The notes below the pieces were generated by a model that had not been told where the DNA came from, ran no database searches, and saw nothing but the letters and a program-made list of their open reading frames with translations. This document shows, piece after piece, positions 1 to 8,715 of a DNA stretch of 64,000 bases (the stretch's first letter is position 1; each line of letters starts with the position of its first letter). A program made the position numbers and the translations under genes. Source of the DNA: Pseudomonadota bacterium (GTDB lineage Bacteria > Pseudomonadota > Alphaproteobacteria > Caulobacterales > Hyphomonadaceae); the NCBI GenBank assembly GCA_038532145.1, contig JBCBBC010000005.1, positions 17,731 to 81,730 on the forward strand, given 5' to 3'.

Positions 1-761
1 CCGAGCGACAAGAAGGCATCGCCTGGTCCAAACACACCAACCCCGACGGCACCGGCGGCATTATCGCCTCCGCCCGCCACAATCGGCGTGCCAATCGCCA
101 CACCCCAGTCATTGGCAACACTGGCCAGAAGGCCCCCTGTGACCTCGCTGCCCTCCATGAGGTCTGGCATCTGATCCATCGACAAATCACAAGCCGCGAG
201 CAGGGACGATGACCAGTTTCGTTTCTCCACATCAAGCCATAACGTCCCAGCGGAGTCCGAAACATCGCTGGCGTAATCGCCGGTCATGCGCAGCCGAACA
301 TAGTCTTTTGGCAACAGCACTTTCGCAGTCTGGGAGAACACGCCGGGCTCATGGTCCCGGACCCAGATCAGTTTCGGCGCGGTGAAGCCAGGCATGGCCA
401 TATTGCCCGCGACTTGCCACAAGTCCGGCACATCACGTTCGAGTTTTTCGCATTCTTGCGTACTGCGACCATCATTCCAGAGAATGGCTGGGCGCAATGG
501 CATATCTGAGGCGTCGAGCAGCGTCGCGCCATGCATTTGTCCCGCTAACCCAACCGCTTTCACCCCGCCCCGGAGCGCATGTGGCAAGCGCGAGACGGCG
601 ACATTCGTCGCCCGCCACCAGTCTTGGGGATCTTGCTCAGACCACAAGGGATGAGGCCGTGAAATCGGCAGCGGTGCAGTTGCCTGCGCGACCACTTCCC
701 CTGCCTCATCCATCAGGATCGCTTTTACCCCTGACGTTCCAATATCGATCCCGAGATACAT
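1..761 (-). CDS. xylB: Xylulokinase (FGGY carbohydrate kinase), 3' part runs off the window
   Basis: Reverse-complement of 700-761 translates to MYLGIDIGTSGVKAILMDEA, the typical FGGY/XylB N-terminus. The frame stays open to position 1. It is not in the ORF track because it is truncated by the window edge. Confidence 0.8.
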   Translation of the reverse strand, partial: MYLGIDIGTSGVKAILMDEAGEVVAQATAPLPISRPHPLWSEQDPQDWWRATNVAVSRLPHALRGGVKAVGLAGQMHGATLLDASDMPLRPAILWNDGRSTQECEKLERDVPDLWQVAGNMAMPGFTAPKLIWVRDHEPGVFSQTAKVLLPKDYVRLRMTGDYASDVSDSAGTLWLDVEKRNWSSSLLAACDLSMDQMPDLMEGSEVTGGLLASVANDWGVAIGTPIVAGGGDNAAGAVGVGVFGPGDAFLSL

Positions 762-806
762 TTGAAGCGCCTCAATTGGAGTTTAAGCAAAAAGCTCAAA
801 CCGATT

Positions 807-1397
807 TTACTCGGTACTCGTTTCGCTCGTAATGGCGAAGAAGGGACCAAGTTCTATCGTCTGTTTCTCAAATCCGAAATTGAAACCCATGTCGGATTCA
901 CTAATTGGGAAATCTCGTTCGGCAACGCCCGTAACGCGATACATTTTCCAATCAGATGTTGGCATAATTTCCTGAACCACCGCCGTATCGTAAGGCTCGA
1001 CATTGCGGCCCAGTGCGACACTGATCTTACCCGTCTCTTTTTTCCGAGGCAGCTTGGACGTGCGGGCCCAAAAAAAGATCTCAACGGTTTGTCCGGCAGC
1101 AACATCGCGCTCGAATGGAGCGCGCATGTTTATGTCCCACGGCTTTTTGCTTTTCTTGCGAACTCGGAAGCTGATCGCCTGCGACCCCGGAACGCCGTCT
1201 GATTCGACGATTGACACACTTTTATTGCCACCTTCGGGTTGCCACTTGATTGCCATCGGATTGTGCAGAAGCTTTCCGGGCAATGCGGATTGACTAACAG
1301 GTGCGACCTCATAGGCCGGGTCGGCAAGCGCGTCTGGCGAGACTTCCATAAACAATGCGAGTGATCCGGCAATGGCACACAATTTTAGAGACTTCAT
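807..1397 (-). CDS. Secreted protein with carbohydrate-binding-module-like (CBM4_9-like) beta-sandwich
   Basis: 196-aa ORF with signal peptide MKSLKLCAIAGSLALFMEVSPDALA. The rest is a single roughly 170-aa domain. Similarity to CBM4_9 is judged by eye only. Confidence 0.55.
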   Translation of the reverse strand: MKSLKLCAIAGSLALFMEVSPDALADPAYEVAPVSQSALPGKLLHNPMAIKWQPEGGNKSVSIVESDGVPGSQAISFRVRKKSKKPWDINMRAPFERDVAAGQTVEIFFWARTSKLPRKKETGKISVALGRNVEPYDTAVVQEIMPTSDWKMYRVTGVAERDFPISESDMGFNFGFEKQTIELGPFFAITSETSTE

Positions 1398-1493
1398 TTT
1401 GTTCTCCTCCCATATTCTCCGGGCCCAGATCCCGGGTTTATTCGGCTGCTTTTGTCGGCGCGACCCATTCCGTCACGCCCATGCAGCCTGCAA

Positions 1494-1507
1494 TGTTAGC
1501 GCTACCA
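1494..1507. promoter_or_regulatory. Candidate LacI/GalR-family operator (TGTTAGCGCTACCA)
   Basis: 14-bp near-perfect palindrome with central CG (half-sites TGTTAGC / TGGTAGC). It lies 97-110 nt upstream of the start of the 807-1397 gene. A related site is at 8473-8486. Confidence 0.5.
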
Positions 1508-1593
1508 TACCTTAGCGAGTATGGCTATCCCCCGATTGGGAGTGCGCTAACAATAGGAGAAAAAATACGGCCTTTTCTAGGGGGCCTCAACAC

Positions 1594-2337
1594 CTATTGC
1601 AGGCTGACTTCCCCGCTAATCGCTTTAGCCAAGTGATCTCGGCGATCGACAATTTCCTGTTTCACGTCATCGGCACAATTCCGGCATCGCTTTAGAATGC
1701 CTTCGATCTTGTTCAATTGTGACTCCGCAGATTTTGCGTCGCCCGTCAAAAGCTTGATCAGGCCGATTTTGTAATGTGCATCGTACAGGATTTTGCTGGA
1801 TGCTGTTGCCCGCTCGAAACTGCGGAGCGCCTCGTTGGTCTTGCCCAACTGGATTTGCGAAAGCCCCGCAAAGTATAATTGCCTTCCGCGCATTTCGCAT
1901 GTCCGATCATAGGTGTTCTGAATGTTACGCGCCGCGATGCCATCTGTTGCTGCCACGCCGGCTGGAGTATTCTGTCCACCGCCCGCTGTCGCCCCTTGCG
2001 ACGACGCACCAGAATCAAATCCGGCAGCATTGGTGAACGTCTCTGCACGCAGTGAGTTTATCTGCGCACCTTCCACCGAATTCGTCACCTGACGCTCGCG
2101 GCGAAGTGCACACATCGCATTGTCGAGGAATTCGACCTCAGCGGTTTCATAGTCTCCGGCCCGGAACGCTGCCATAGCCGCATCATTCTGCACGCCCTGG
2201 ACTTCTACAGTATCTAGCACCCGTTCATCGCCTTCGGCCTGTTCGGATGTTTCTTGCGCGGCCATTGCTGGCGCCGTCAGTGTGATGGCCGTTGCCATTG
2301 CAAAGGCTGAGAGGAAACGATTTGAAAGTTTACGCAT
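1594..2337 (-). CDS. Secreted TPR-like hypothetical protein
   Basis: 247-aa ORF with signal peptide ending TAPAMA-AQE. The C-terminal half has TPR-like helical repeats (YFAGLSQIQLGKTNEALRSFERA, YDAHYKIGLIKLLTGDAKSAESQL). Confidence 0.6.
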   Translation of the reverse strand: MRKLSNRFLSAFAMATAITLTAPAMAAQETSEQAEGDERVLDTVEVQGVQNDAAMAAFRAGDYETAEVEFLDNAMCALRRERQVTNSVEGAQINSLRAETFTNAAGFDSGASSQGATAGGGQNTPAGVAATDGIAARNIQNTYDRTCEMRGRQLYFAGLSQIQLGKTNEALRSFERATASSKILYDAHYKIGLIKLLTGDAKSAESQLNKIEGILKRCRNCADDVKQEIVDRRDHLAKAISGEVSLQ

Positions 2338-2384
2338 AATGAATGCCTTTTCTTTTAGTTTTTACCTCAACTCCCAAGCGAATG

Positions 2385-3893
2385 TTACGCGCTTTGGCAC
2401 AACTTGTGAAGGTATGATTGATGATCCTCGAACGCGTCGAGGCATTTATACATGGTTCGACGAACCTCAGCCATGCGCCGATCCAGCGCTTCATCCGTCA
2501 TATAGTCGATGACGGGATGATAGCGCTTGGGCCTGAAATTTTGCCCTTCAAACACGGCAAACCAGCTATTTTCGCTGAACAGCTCATTATTTTCGCGATA
2601 GAGCCTTCCATTCTCCATATAGATGTCGATGCGCTGGCGCAGGGTTTCCGGTAAATCCATCGTTCGCACATAGTTCCAGAATGGGCTGTCATCGCGTCGT
2701 GTCGCACAGTAATGCAGGATCAGGAAATCACGGACTTGCTCAAACTCCATCAGGGTCTTCTGATTGTAGTAATCAATGTCGCTTTGATTGAAGAGTTTAT
2801 CCGGGAAATTCGTCATCAAACGTGCAACCGCAGTTTGTATCAAATGAATTGAAGTCGATTCAAGGGGCTCCAGGAAACCCGCAGAAAGACCGAGGGCGAC
2901 AACGTTCTTGTTCCAGGTCTTTTTTCGTATTCCAGTCTTGAAGCGTAAAAATTTCGGATCTTTCAATGGTGCGCCGTCCAGCCCAGAAGCGAGCTGAGCG
3001 TAGGCTTCGTCATCGCTGATATATTCGCTGCAATAAACGTGTCCGTTGCCGATCCGATTTTGCAATGGGATGCGCCACTGCCAGCCAGCTTTGTGGGCTG
3101 TGGCCCGCGTATAGGGAATGGGTGGACCATTGGGTTCACACCCTTGCGCCACGGCGCGGTTCACCGGCAGATAATGCGACCAGTCATCATAGCCGGTTTC
3201 CAGGGTCTGTTCGATCAACAGGCCGCGGAAACCGGAGCAATCGATGAAGAGTTCCCCATCAATCTTCTCGCCGGACTCAAGGGTGACGCTCTCAATGAAA
3301 CCGTCTTCCGAACGCTGATTGACCTTTACCACTTTGCCTTCCACGCGCTGAACCCCGCGCGATTCGGCGACGCCGCGCATATATTTCGCATACAAGGAGG
3401 CATCGAACTGGAAGGCATATTCAATCGAGCTCAGCGGCGATCCGCGTAATTCCGGCTTGGGGTGTGCAAACTTGCTGGCTTTGGAGGACAGGCAATGCAG
3501 ATTGTAATCATCAATCGGGGGCACGCCTTCCTTCTGGGCATGACGCAACCAGAAATGATGGAAATGAATCCCATCCATATTGACGCCATATGGACTGAAC
3601 GAGTGAAAATAGCGCTCACCGATCTGGCCCCAATTGACGAACTCAATACCGACTTTGAAGGTCGCATTGGTTTTCCGTAAAAAGTCATTCTCGTTCAATT
3701 GCAACAACTGATTGAAGTATCGAATATGCGGAATCGTCGCTTCCCCGACACCGACCGTACCGATTTGCTCGGACTCGATCAGCCTGATGCGAATATCGGG
3801 ATTTCTCAATAATAGCGACAAGGCCGATGCGGCCATCCAACCTGCCGTACCACCACCGACAATCACGATTTCCCTAATGTTCAAGTCCTGCAT
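2385..3893 (-). CDS. Flavin-dependent halogenase-like protein (tryptophan halogenase family), paralogue 4
   Basis: 502 aa with N-terminal Rossmann VIVGGGTAGWM and motifs GVGEATIP, FKVGIEF, GWQWRIP, GFLEPLESTS. Confidence 0.85.
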   Translation of the reverse strand: MQDLNIREIVIVGGGTAGWMAASALSLLLRNPDIRIRLIESEQIGTVGVGEATIPHIRYFNQLLQLNENDFLRKTNATFKVGIEFVNWGQIGERYFHSFSPYGVNMDGIHFHHFWLRHAQKEGVPPIDDYNLHCLSSKASKFAHPKPELRGSPLSSIEYAFQFDASLYAKYMRGVAESRGVQRVEGKVVKVNQRSEDGFIESVTLESGEKIDGELFIDCSGFRGLLIEQTLETGYDDWSHYLPVNRAVAQGCEPNGPPIPYTRATAHKAGWQWRIPLQNRIGNGHVYCSEYISDDEAYAQLASGLDGAPLKDPKFLRFKTGIRKKTWNKNVVALGLSAGFLEPLESTSIHLIQTAVARLMTNFPDKLFNQSDIDYYNQKTLMEFEQVRDFLILHYCATRRDDSPFWNYVRTMDLPETLRQRIDIYMENGRLYRENNELFSENSWFAVFEGQNFRPKRYHPVIDYMTDEALDRRMAEVRRTMYKCLDAFEDHQSYLHKLCQSA

Positions 3894-3912
3894 CTTGTAC
3901 TTCCTACCGATC

Positions 3913-5433
3913 TCATGCGGGCATTGGCGCCCACGCGTACTTCTTCAAGAATGTTTCGTGCGTTTCCATTTTTTGACTCGCATTCATCATTGCGGACTGC
4001 ATTGACCCAAGGCTACGAGCGATTTCTTGCGCACTAAGGCTATCCACAATCGGGTCGACCGTTCTAGGTAATAAATTCTGGCCAACCATTACAGCCACCC
4101 AACTTGGCCGCGTGAACAGTTCATCTTCATAACGGAAAATGCGACCGGCTTCCTGAAACAAATCCATCTTCTGGGTCAGCGAATCCGGCACACTCATTGT
4201 TCGGCAATAGTTCCAGAACTCACTATCATCCCGCTGCGTGGCCTTGTAATGCAAGATGATGAAGTCGCGGACCTGTTCGAATTTTTTCTGCAGCTGTCGA
4301 TTGTACTCATCACGCACAGCGGTCGGCATATCCGCGCTCGGAAACAAAGAGATGAACTTGCTGATGCCTTCCTGAATCAGGAACAGTGACGTAGATTCCA
4401 GCGGCTCCAGGAATCCACCAGACAAGCCCACTGCGATACAGTTCTTTTCCCAGAATTTTTCGCGATGGCCCGTGCGAAATTTAATTCTTCGTGGTTCCCC
4501 CTTTGCCGGTCCATCCAGATCTTCGAGCAAGCTTTCAATAGCGTCCTCGTCGCTGATCAAGTCGCTGGCATAAATGTGACCATTTCCAGTCCGATGTTGT
4601 GTTGGAATGCGCCATTGCCATCCGGCCGTTTTGGCCGTGGATTTCGTGTAAGGCAGCAGCGGGCCGGTCCGCTCACACGCGACAGTCTGTGCCGTGTCGC
4701 ACGGCAACCAGTGCGCCCAGTCCGTGAATTTGACGCCCAGTTTTTGACCCAGCAGGAGCGCACGGAAACCGCTGCAATCAAAAAACAGGTCTCCCTGGAC
4801 CTCTTGACCATTCTCCATCGTAACGCTTTCGATAAAGCCCGTTTCCGAGTTTAGGGCCACGTCAATAACCTTGCCCTCTAAACGCTTGGCGCCGCGCTCT
4901 TCGGCGTAGGCGCGAAGATAACGGGCATAGGCTGTCGCATCGAAGTGATAGGCGTATCGAAGCTGTGACATGACAGAGCGCGGATCGTTGTGGGGCATTG
5001 CGAACTTGAATTGTTTAGCTGCGATCGCACTCAGGCTGAACGTCTCGATCTCACTCTTCGGATGCGATTGCCGATAGCGCATCCAGAATTGATGGAAATC
5101 AATCCCCTGCATGTCGACACCATGCGGGCCGAAAGGATGGAAATAGGCTTCGCCAATCTGTCCCCAGTTCACAAATTCAATGCCTAGTTTGAACGTACCG
5201 TTCGTCGTGCGCAGAAAGTCCTGCTCGGAAATACCTAGCATGGCATTAAAGTTTATGACGTCCGGGATCGTCGCTTCACCCACGCCAATCGTACCGATCT
5301 GCTCAGACTCGATCAACGTGATTTTGACGGCATGCGGCGGCAACAGACTCGAAAGCGCGGCTGCCGTCATCCAGCCCGCAGAGCCACCGCCGACAATTAC
5401 AATATTTCGGATCGCTGGTTTTTGATCAGGCAT
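3913..5433 (-). CDS. Flavin-dependent halogenase-like protein (tryptophan halogenase family), paralogue 3
   Basis: 506 aa with IVIVGGGSAGWM, GVGEATIP, FKLGIEF, GWQWRIP, GFLEPLESTS. Confidence 0.85.
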   Translation of the reverse strand: MPDQKPAIRNIVIVGGGSAGWMTAAALSSLLPPHAVKITLIESEQIGTIGVGEATIPDVINFNAMLGISEQDFLRTTNGTFKLGIEFVNWGQIGEAYFHPFGPHGVDMQGIDFHQFWMRYRQSHPKSEIETFSLSAIAAKQFKFAMPHNDPRSVMSQLRYAYHFDATAYARYLRAYAEERGAKRLEGKVIDVALNSETGFIESVTMENGQEVQGDLFFDCSGFRALLLGQKLGVKFTDWAHWLPCDTAQTVACERTGPLLPYTKSTAKTAGWQWRIPTQHRTGNGHIYASDLISDEDAIESLLEDLDGPAKGEPRRIKFRTGHREKFWEKNCIAVGLSGGFLEPLESTSLFLIQEGISKFISLFPSADMPTAVRDEYNRQLQKKFEQVRDFIILHYKATQRDDSEFWNYCRTMSVPDSLTQKMDLFQEAGRIFRYEDELFTRPSWVAVMVGQNLLPRTVDPIVDSLSAQEIARSLGSMQSAMMNASQKMETHETFLKKYAWAPMPA

Positions 5434-6862
5434 ACTTTTGCTTCTCGAAATAACGTTTCATGTTGGAGACATACACATGGTGCGGAGGCATTCGGCCCAC
5501 CAATTGCTCTATTGCACGGGCCATTCCATCCAACTGATGATCAATGTCTAGCCTGGCCGTCGCCTCGACTTGCAGATCATAGCGTGCGACGCGGCACCCC
5601 AAGCCATGATGCAAGACCGTCCAATCCTCATCATTATATGGCTCTAAATCGAATTTCGTCAGAATACCGCGGCTTTCAAACTGTACGATCTTGCGATTCA
5701 GATCTGGGCTTTGAGCGGCTGAGGCCGCTTCAGACCAGAAAGAAGACGTCGGCGCCTCATTAAGGTAGAACGCATTGGCGAACATGTCCGTATGATTTAC
5801 ATCGTTTTGGAATCGCCGATTGAATTCGCGCTGCTCCATATCAAACGTGCGCGCCACCGGTATCAGATCCAGAAGTCTTTCAATATCCCGCTGCAACATC
5901 ACCATCGGACCAGGTGTAAGCGGATCATGTGCGCTGGCGGCGGCACCGATCGCAACCGTATTATTATGCCATGCAACGTCCAGCGCACCCAGCGCGTAAG
6001 GCGTTGCGTCAACGGCTTTATCATCCTTCTGGATCATCAGCGTATGAACCGAATCCTGCAAGAAGGTATGCGCGGACCAACCTTGGGCAGAGGCTTGCAC
6101 GCGCCGACACGCCGGGCCCAGTTGGCTTGCGGATTTGAGCGAATGGGTTAGCGATATGCGCCGGATCGTCGCGAATGAATGACCTACTGCGGATAACAGT
6201 TTCCTTGCAGGTCCGGTACAGTCGATAAATAGATCGGCGGTGATCGTTTCACCGGACGTCAGATCGAGACTTATGACTTCCCCATTGTCCGTATTTACAG
6301 TTTCGATGCTTGAAGCGGATCGCGAGACTCCACTGGTCTGAACCTTCTCTGCGAGCAATCGCGTCCACTGGTGTGCGCTGAATTGATATCCGTATTCTGC
6401 GCGAGAGAGTGGATTTGATGCATCATTCGGCGGGTGAGCGAATTTGCCGTGCCGCGCTGCAACACCGGAAATCAACAAAGGCGCCAGGCTACGCTGATTT
6501 CGTGTCAGATGATGGTTCAGTGGGACGCCGCCGATTACGGGCAGGATTTGATGATGACATTGAATCCAATCCGTGTCTGTTCCGGGCCAGTCGACATAGT
6601 GCGACCCAAACGAGAATGAGGTATTGCTGCGCGAGAACAGGACGGGCTCGTCCAGCCCCAGCCCGCGCAGGAAGTCATAAGCCGTTGGCAAGGTGACGCT
6701 GCCATAGCTCAGATCATCATCAGCATCTTCGCCTTCGTCGATCAGGACAATCTGATACGCCGAACTGAGCGCGCCATGCAGCGCAAGCGCCGTCATCAGG
6801 CCCGCCAGGCCGCCGCCGCAAATGACAATCTTGAACTCGGAACGCTGCATGCTGTCTTTCAA
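5426..6862 (-). CDS. Divergent FAD-binding halogenase-family paralogue lacking the family signature motifs
   Basis: 478 aa. It keeps the Rossmann motif VICGGGLAGLM and is colinear with its neighbours. It has GSVTLP, SFSFGSHY, GWSAHTF and SAHDPLTPGP where the paralogues have GEATIP, FKLGIEF, GWQWRIP and GFLEPLESTS. Its end overlaps the next gene by 8 nt. Confidence 0.7.
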   Translation of the reverse strand: MKDSMQRSEFKIVICGGGLAGLMTALALHGALSSAYQIVLIDEGEDADDDLSYGSVTLPTAYDFLRGLGLDEPVLFSRSNTSFSFGSHYVDWPGTDTDWIQCHHQILPVIGGVPLNHHLTRNQRSLAPLLISGVAARHGKFAHPPNDASNPLSRAEYGYQFSAHQWTRLLAEKVQTSGVSRSASSIETVNTDNGEVISLDLTSGETITADLFIDCTGPARKLLSAVGHSFATIRRISLTHSLKSASQLGPACRRVQASAQGWSAHTFLQDSVHTLMIQKDDKAVDATPYALGALDVAWHNNTVAIGAAASAHDPLTPGPMVMLQRDIERLLDLIPVARTFDMEQREFNRRFQNDVNHTDMFANAFYLNEAPTSSFWSEAASAAQSPDLNRKIVQFESRGILTKFDLEPYNDEDWTVLHHGLGCRVARYDLQVEATARLDIDHQLDGMARAIEQLVGRMPPHHVYVSNMKRYFEKQKYA

Positions 6863-6864
6863 CG

Positions 6865-8424
6865 CTAATTCGGAGCCGAAGGCGACGCGACAAGAGGCGC
6901 AGACTGCGACGCGGCTCCGTATCGCTGCAGAAAATCGATCTGATCAGGGGTCGCTTCCACCGCGTTAATCGTGTTCTGTTTGATCGAACCAAGCTGCGAA
7001 TTCAGCTGATCCAGAGGATACTTGTCAGCCCGCGGGTCATAAGACGCCGGCACCAGGTTCTGTCCGAGCATGACCGCGATCCAGCTTGGCGGCAGGAATA
7101 CGCCAAATTCATACTTAAGGACATATCCACGTGTGTTCCAGGCAGCGATCTTCTCCTGCAGGCTGTCCGGCAAAGTCATGTCGCGGAAATAGCGCCACAT
7201 CTCGCTATCGTCGCGCTGAGTCGCCGCATAGTGGAGTAAGAGGAAATCCCGAACACGCTCGAAATTGAGCCCCATACGGGCATTATACTCGTCAACGTCA
7301 TTGTCATCGATCATGGCACCAGGGAACAATTCAATCAGTGCCGTAATACCCTCCTGAATAAGGTGGATCGATGTTGACTCAAGGGGTTCCAGGAATCCAC
7401 CGGACAAGCCGATGCTAACAACATTCCGGCTCCAGAACTTGTTGCGGCGTCCCGTCTTGAAATAGAGCTGCTTTGGTTCGGCGAGGGCCGGCCCCTCCAG
7501 CGTACTCATCAATTGATGCGTCGCTTCATCATCAGAGATGTACTCGTTCCAATAAACATGGCCATTACCGGTCCGGTGCTGCAGCGGAATGCGCCACTGC
7601 CAGCCAGCCTTCCGCGCAGTTGCGCGTGTATACGGCAAAAGCTTACCGCGCGCTTCGCAAGGTACGGCTGCGGCTCGATTGCAGGGCAACCAATGGCTCC
7701 AGTCATCATAACCGGCGTTTAGCGCCTGCTCGATGAGAATGCCCCGAAACCCGGAACAGTCGACAAAGAGCTCGGCTTCAATCTGCTGTCCATCTTCTAG
7801 GGTCAGGCGCTCAACATGACCGGATTCGGGGTTTTGACTGGCTTTGGTGACCTTGCCCTCGGTACGGACAACGCCGTTTGCCTCGCAATAAGATCGAAGG
7901 AATTTCGCATAGAGGCTCGAATCGAACTGATAGGCATAACCGAAATTGGACCCGATCTGGTTATGATCTTCGCCCGGCATCTGAAACCGGCCCTGTTCTG
8001 CGGCGATGATGGGATAGGAGTAATCATCCAAGCGTGACGCCAGGCCCTGCTGCCGCAGGCGTAACCACAATTGATGGAAGTCCATTCCGAGCGTCGGCAG
8101 ACCATAGTCGCCGAACGGGTGAATATAGTGATCGCCGAGCTTTCCCCAGTCGCAGAATTCGATTCCAAGCTTAAACGTCGCTTCCGTCGCTCGCATGAAG
8201 CTTCGTTCTTCAATGCCAAGTTGCTGATTAAAATAGCGGATGTGTGGCAAAGTTGCCTCACCCACACCGATTGTGCCGATATGATCGGACTCGATGAGCT
8301 GGATTTCAAGCCCTAATGCCTTGAATTTATTAGAGAGAGCCGCCGCGGTCATCCACCCCGCCGTGCCGCCCCCCAGGATACAGATCTTGCTTATCTGGCT
8401 CACGGTTCCTCCTGCGACTGCCAT
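6865..8424 (-). CDS. Flavin-dependent halogenase-like protein (tryptophan halogenase family), paralogue 1
   Basis: 519 aa with ILGGGTAGWM, GVGEATLP, FKLGIEF, GWQWRIP, GFLEPLESTS. It is the first gene of the minus-strand cluster. Confidence 0.85.
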   Translation of the reverse strand: MAVAGGTVSQISKICILGGGTAGWMTAAALSNKFKALGLEIQLIESDHIGTIGVGEATLPHIRYFNQQLGIEERSFMRATEATFKLGIEFCDWGKLGDHYIHPFGDYGLPTLGMDFHQLWLRLRQQGLASRLDDYSYPIIAAEQGRFQMPGEDHNQIGSNFGYAYQFDSSLYAKFLRSYCEANGVVRTEGKVTKASQNPESGHVERLTLEDGQQIEAELFVDCSGFRGILIEQALNAGYDDWSHWLPCNRAAAVPCEARGKLLPYTRATARKAGWQWRIPLQHRTGNGHVYWNEYISDDEATHQLMSTLEGPALAEPKQLYFKTGRRNKFWSRNVVSIGLSGGFLEPLESTSIHLIQEGITALIELFPGAMIDDNDVDEYNARMGLNFERVRDFLLLHYAATQRDDSEMWRYFRDMTLPDSLQEKIAAWNTRGYVLKYEFGVFLPPSWIAVMLGQNLVPASYDPRADKYPLDQLNSQLGSIKQNTINAVEATPDQIDFLQRYGAASQSAPLVASPSAPN

Positions 8425-8472
8425 TTATTTATCACTTTTATGACTCCCCTCTTGCATAAAAGGAAGAATAAA

Positions 8473-8486
8473 TGATAGCGCTATCA
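8473..8486. promoter_or_regulatory. Candidate LacI/GalR-family operator (TGATAGCGCTATCA)
   Basis: Perfect 14-bp palindrome with central CG in the divergent intergenic region. It lies 49 nt upstream of the halogenase-cluster start (8424) and 230 nt upstream of the receptor start (8716). Confidence 0.5.
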
Positions 8487-8715
8487 AAACAAAAAATACA
8501 TGCTCTGCACCTATGCGTGTGGTGTGAGCATCAAAGGCGAGGAAACCGAGTGATCCTAACGGTGAGCTCTCAATCAGGGGTAGATATCAGTACAATCAGT
8601 TTTTGAATGAACGGAACGGTGTTTGCATGCGCCGCCCGACATCACTCAAGCAGAGCATCGAAAATTTCGATCGCTCACTACACAGTCACTGAATTCGATT
8701 TAGGGAGGTAAATCA

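Noticed and set aside
2385-8424. The four tryptophan-halogenase-family genes could mark a halogenated natural-product biosynthetic gene cluster.
   Set aside because: No NRPS, PKS, carrier protein, tailoring enzyme, flavin reductase or exporter genes are nearby. The context of a TonB-dependent receptor, a CBM-like protein, xylB and a LacI-type operator points to a nutrient-uptake locus instead.
8471-8602. A 43-aa plus-strand ORF starting within the palindrome in the receptor leader.
   Set aside because: It has no Shine-Dalgarno sequence and an unremarkable composition. The start codon is part of the operator-like palindrome, so it is most likely fortuitous.
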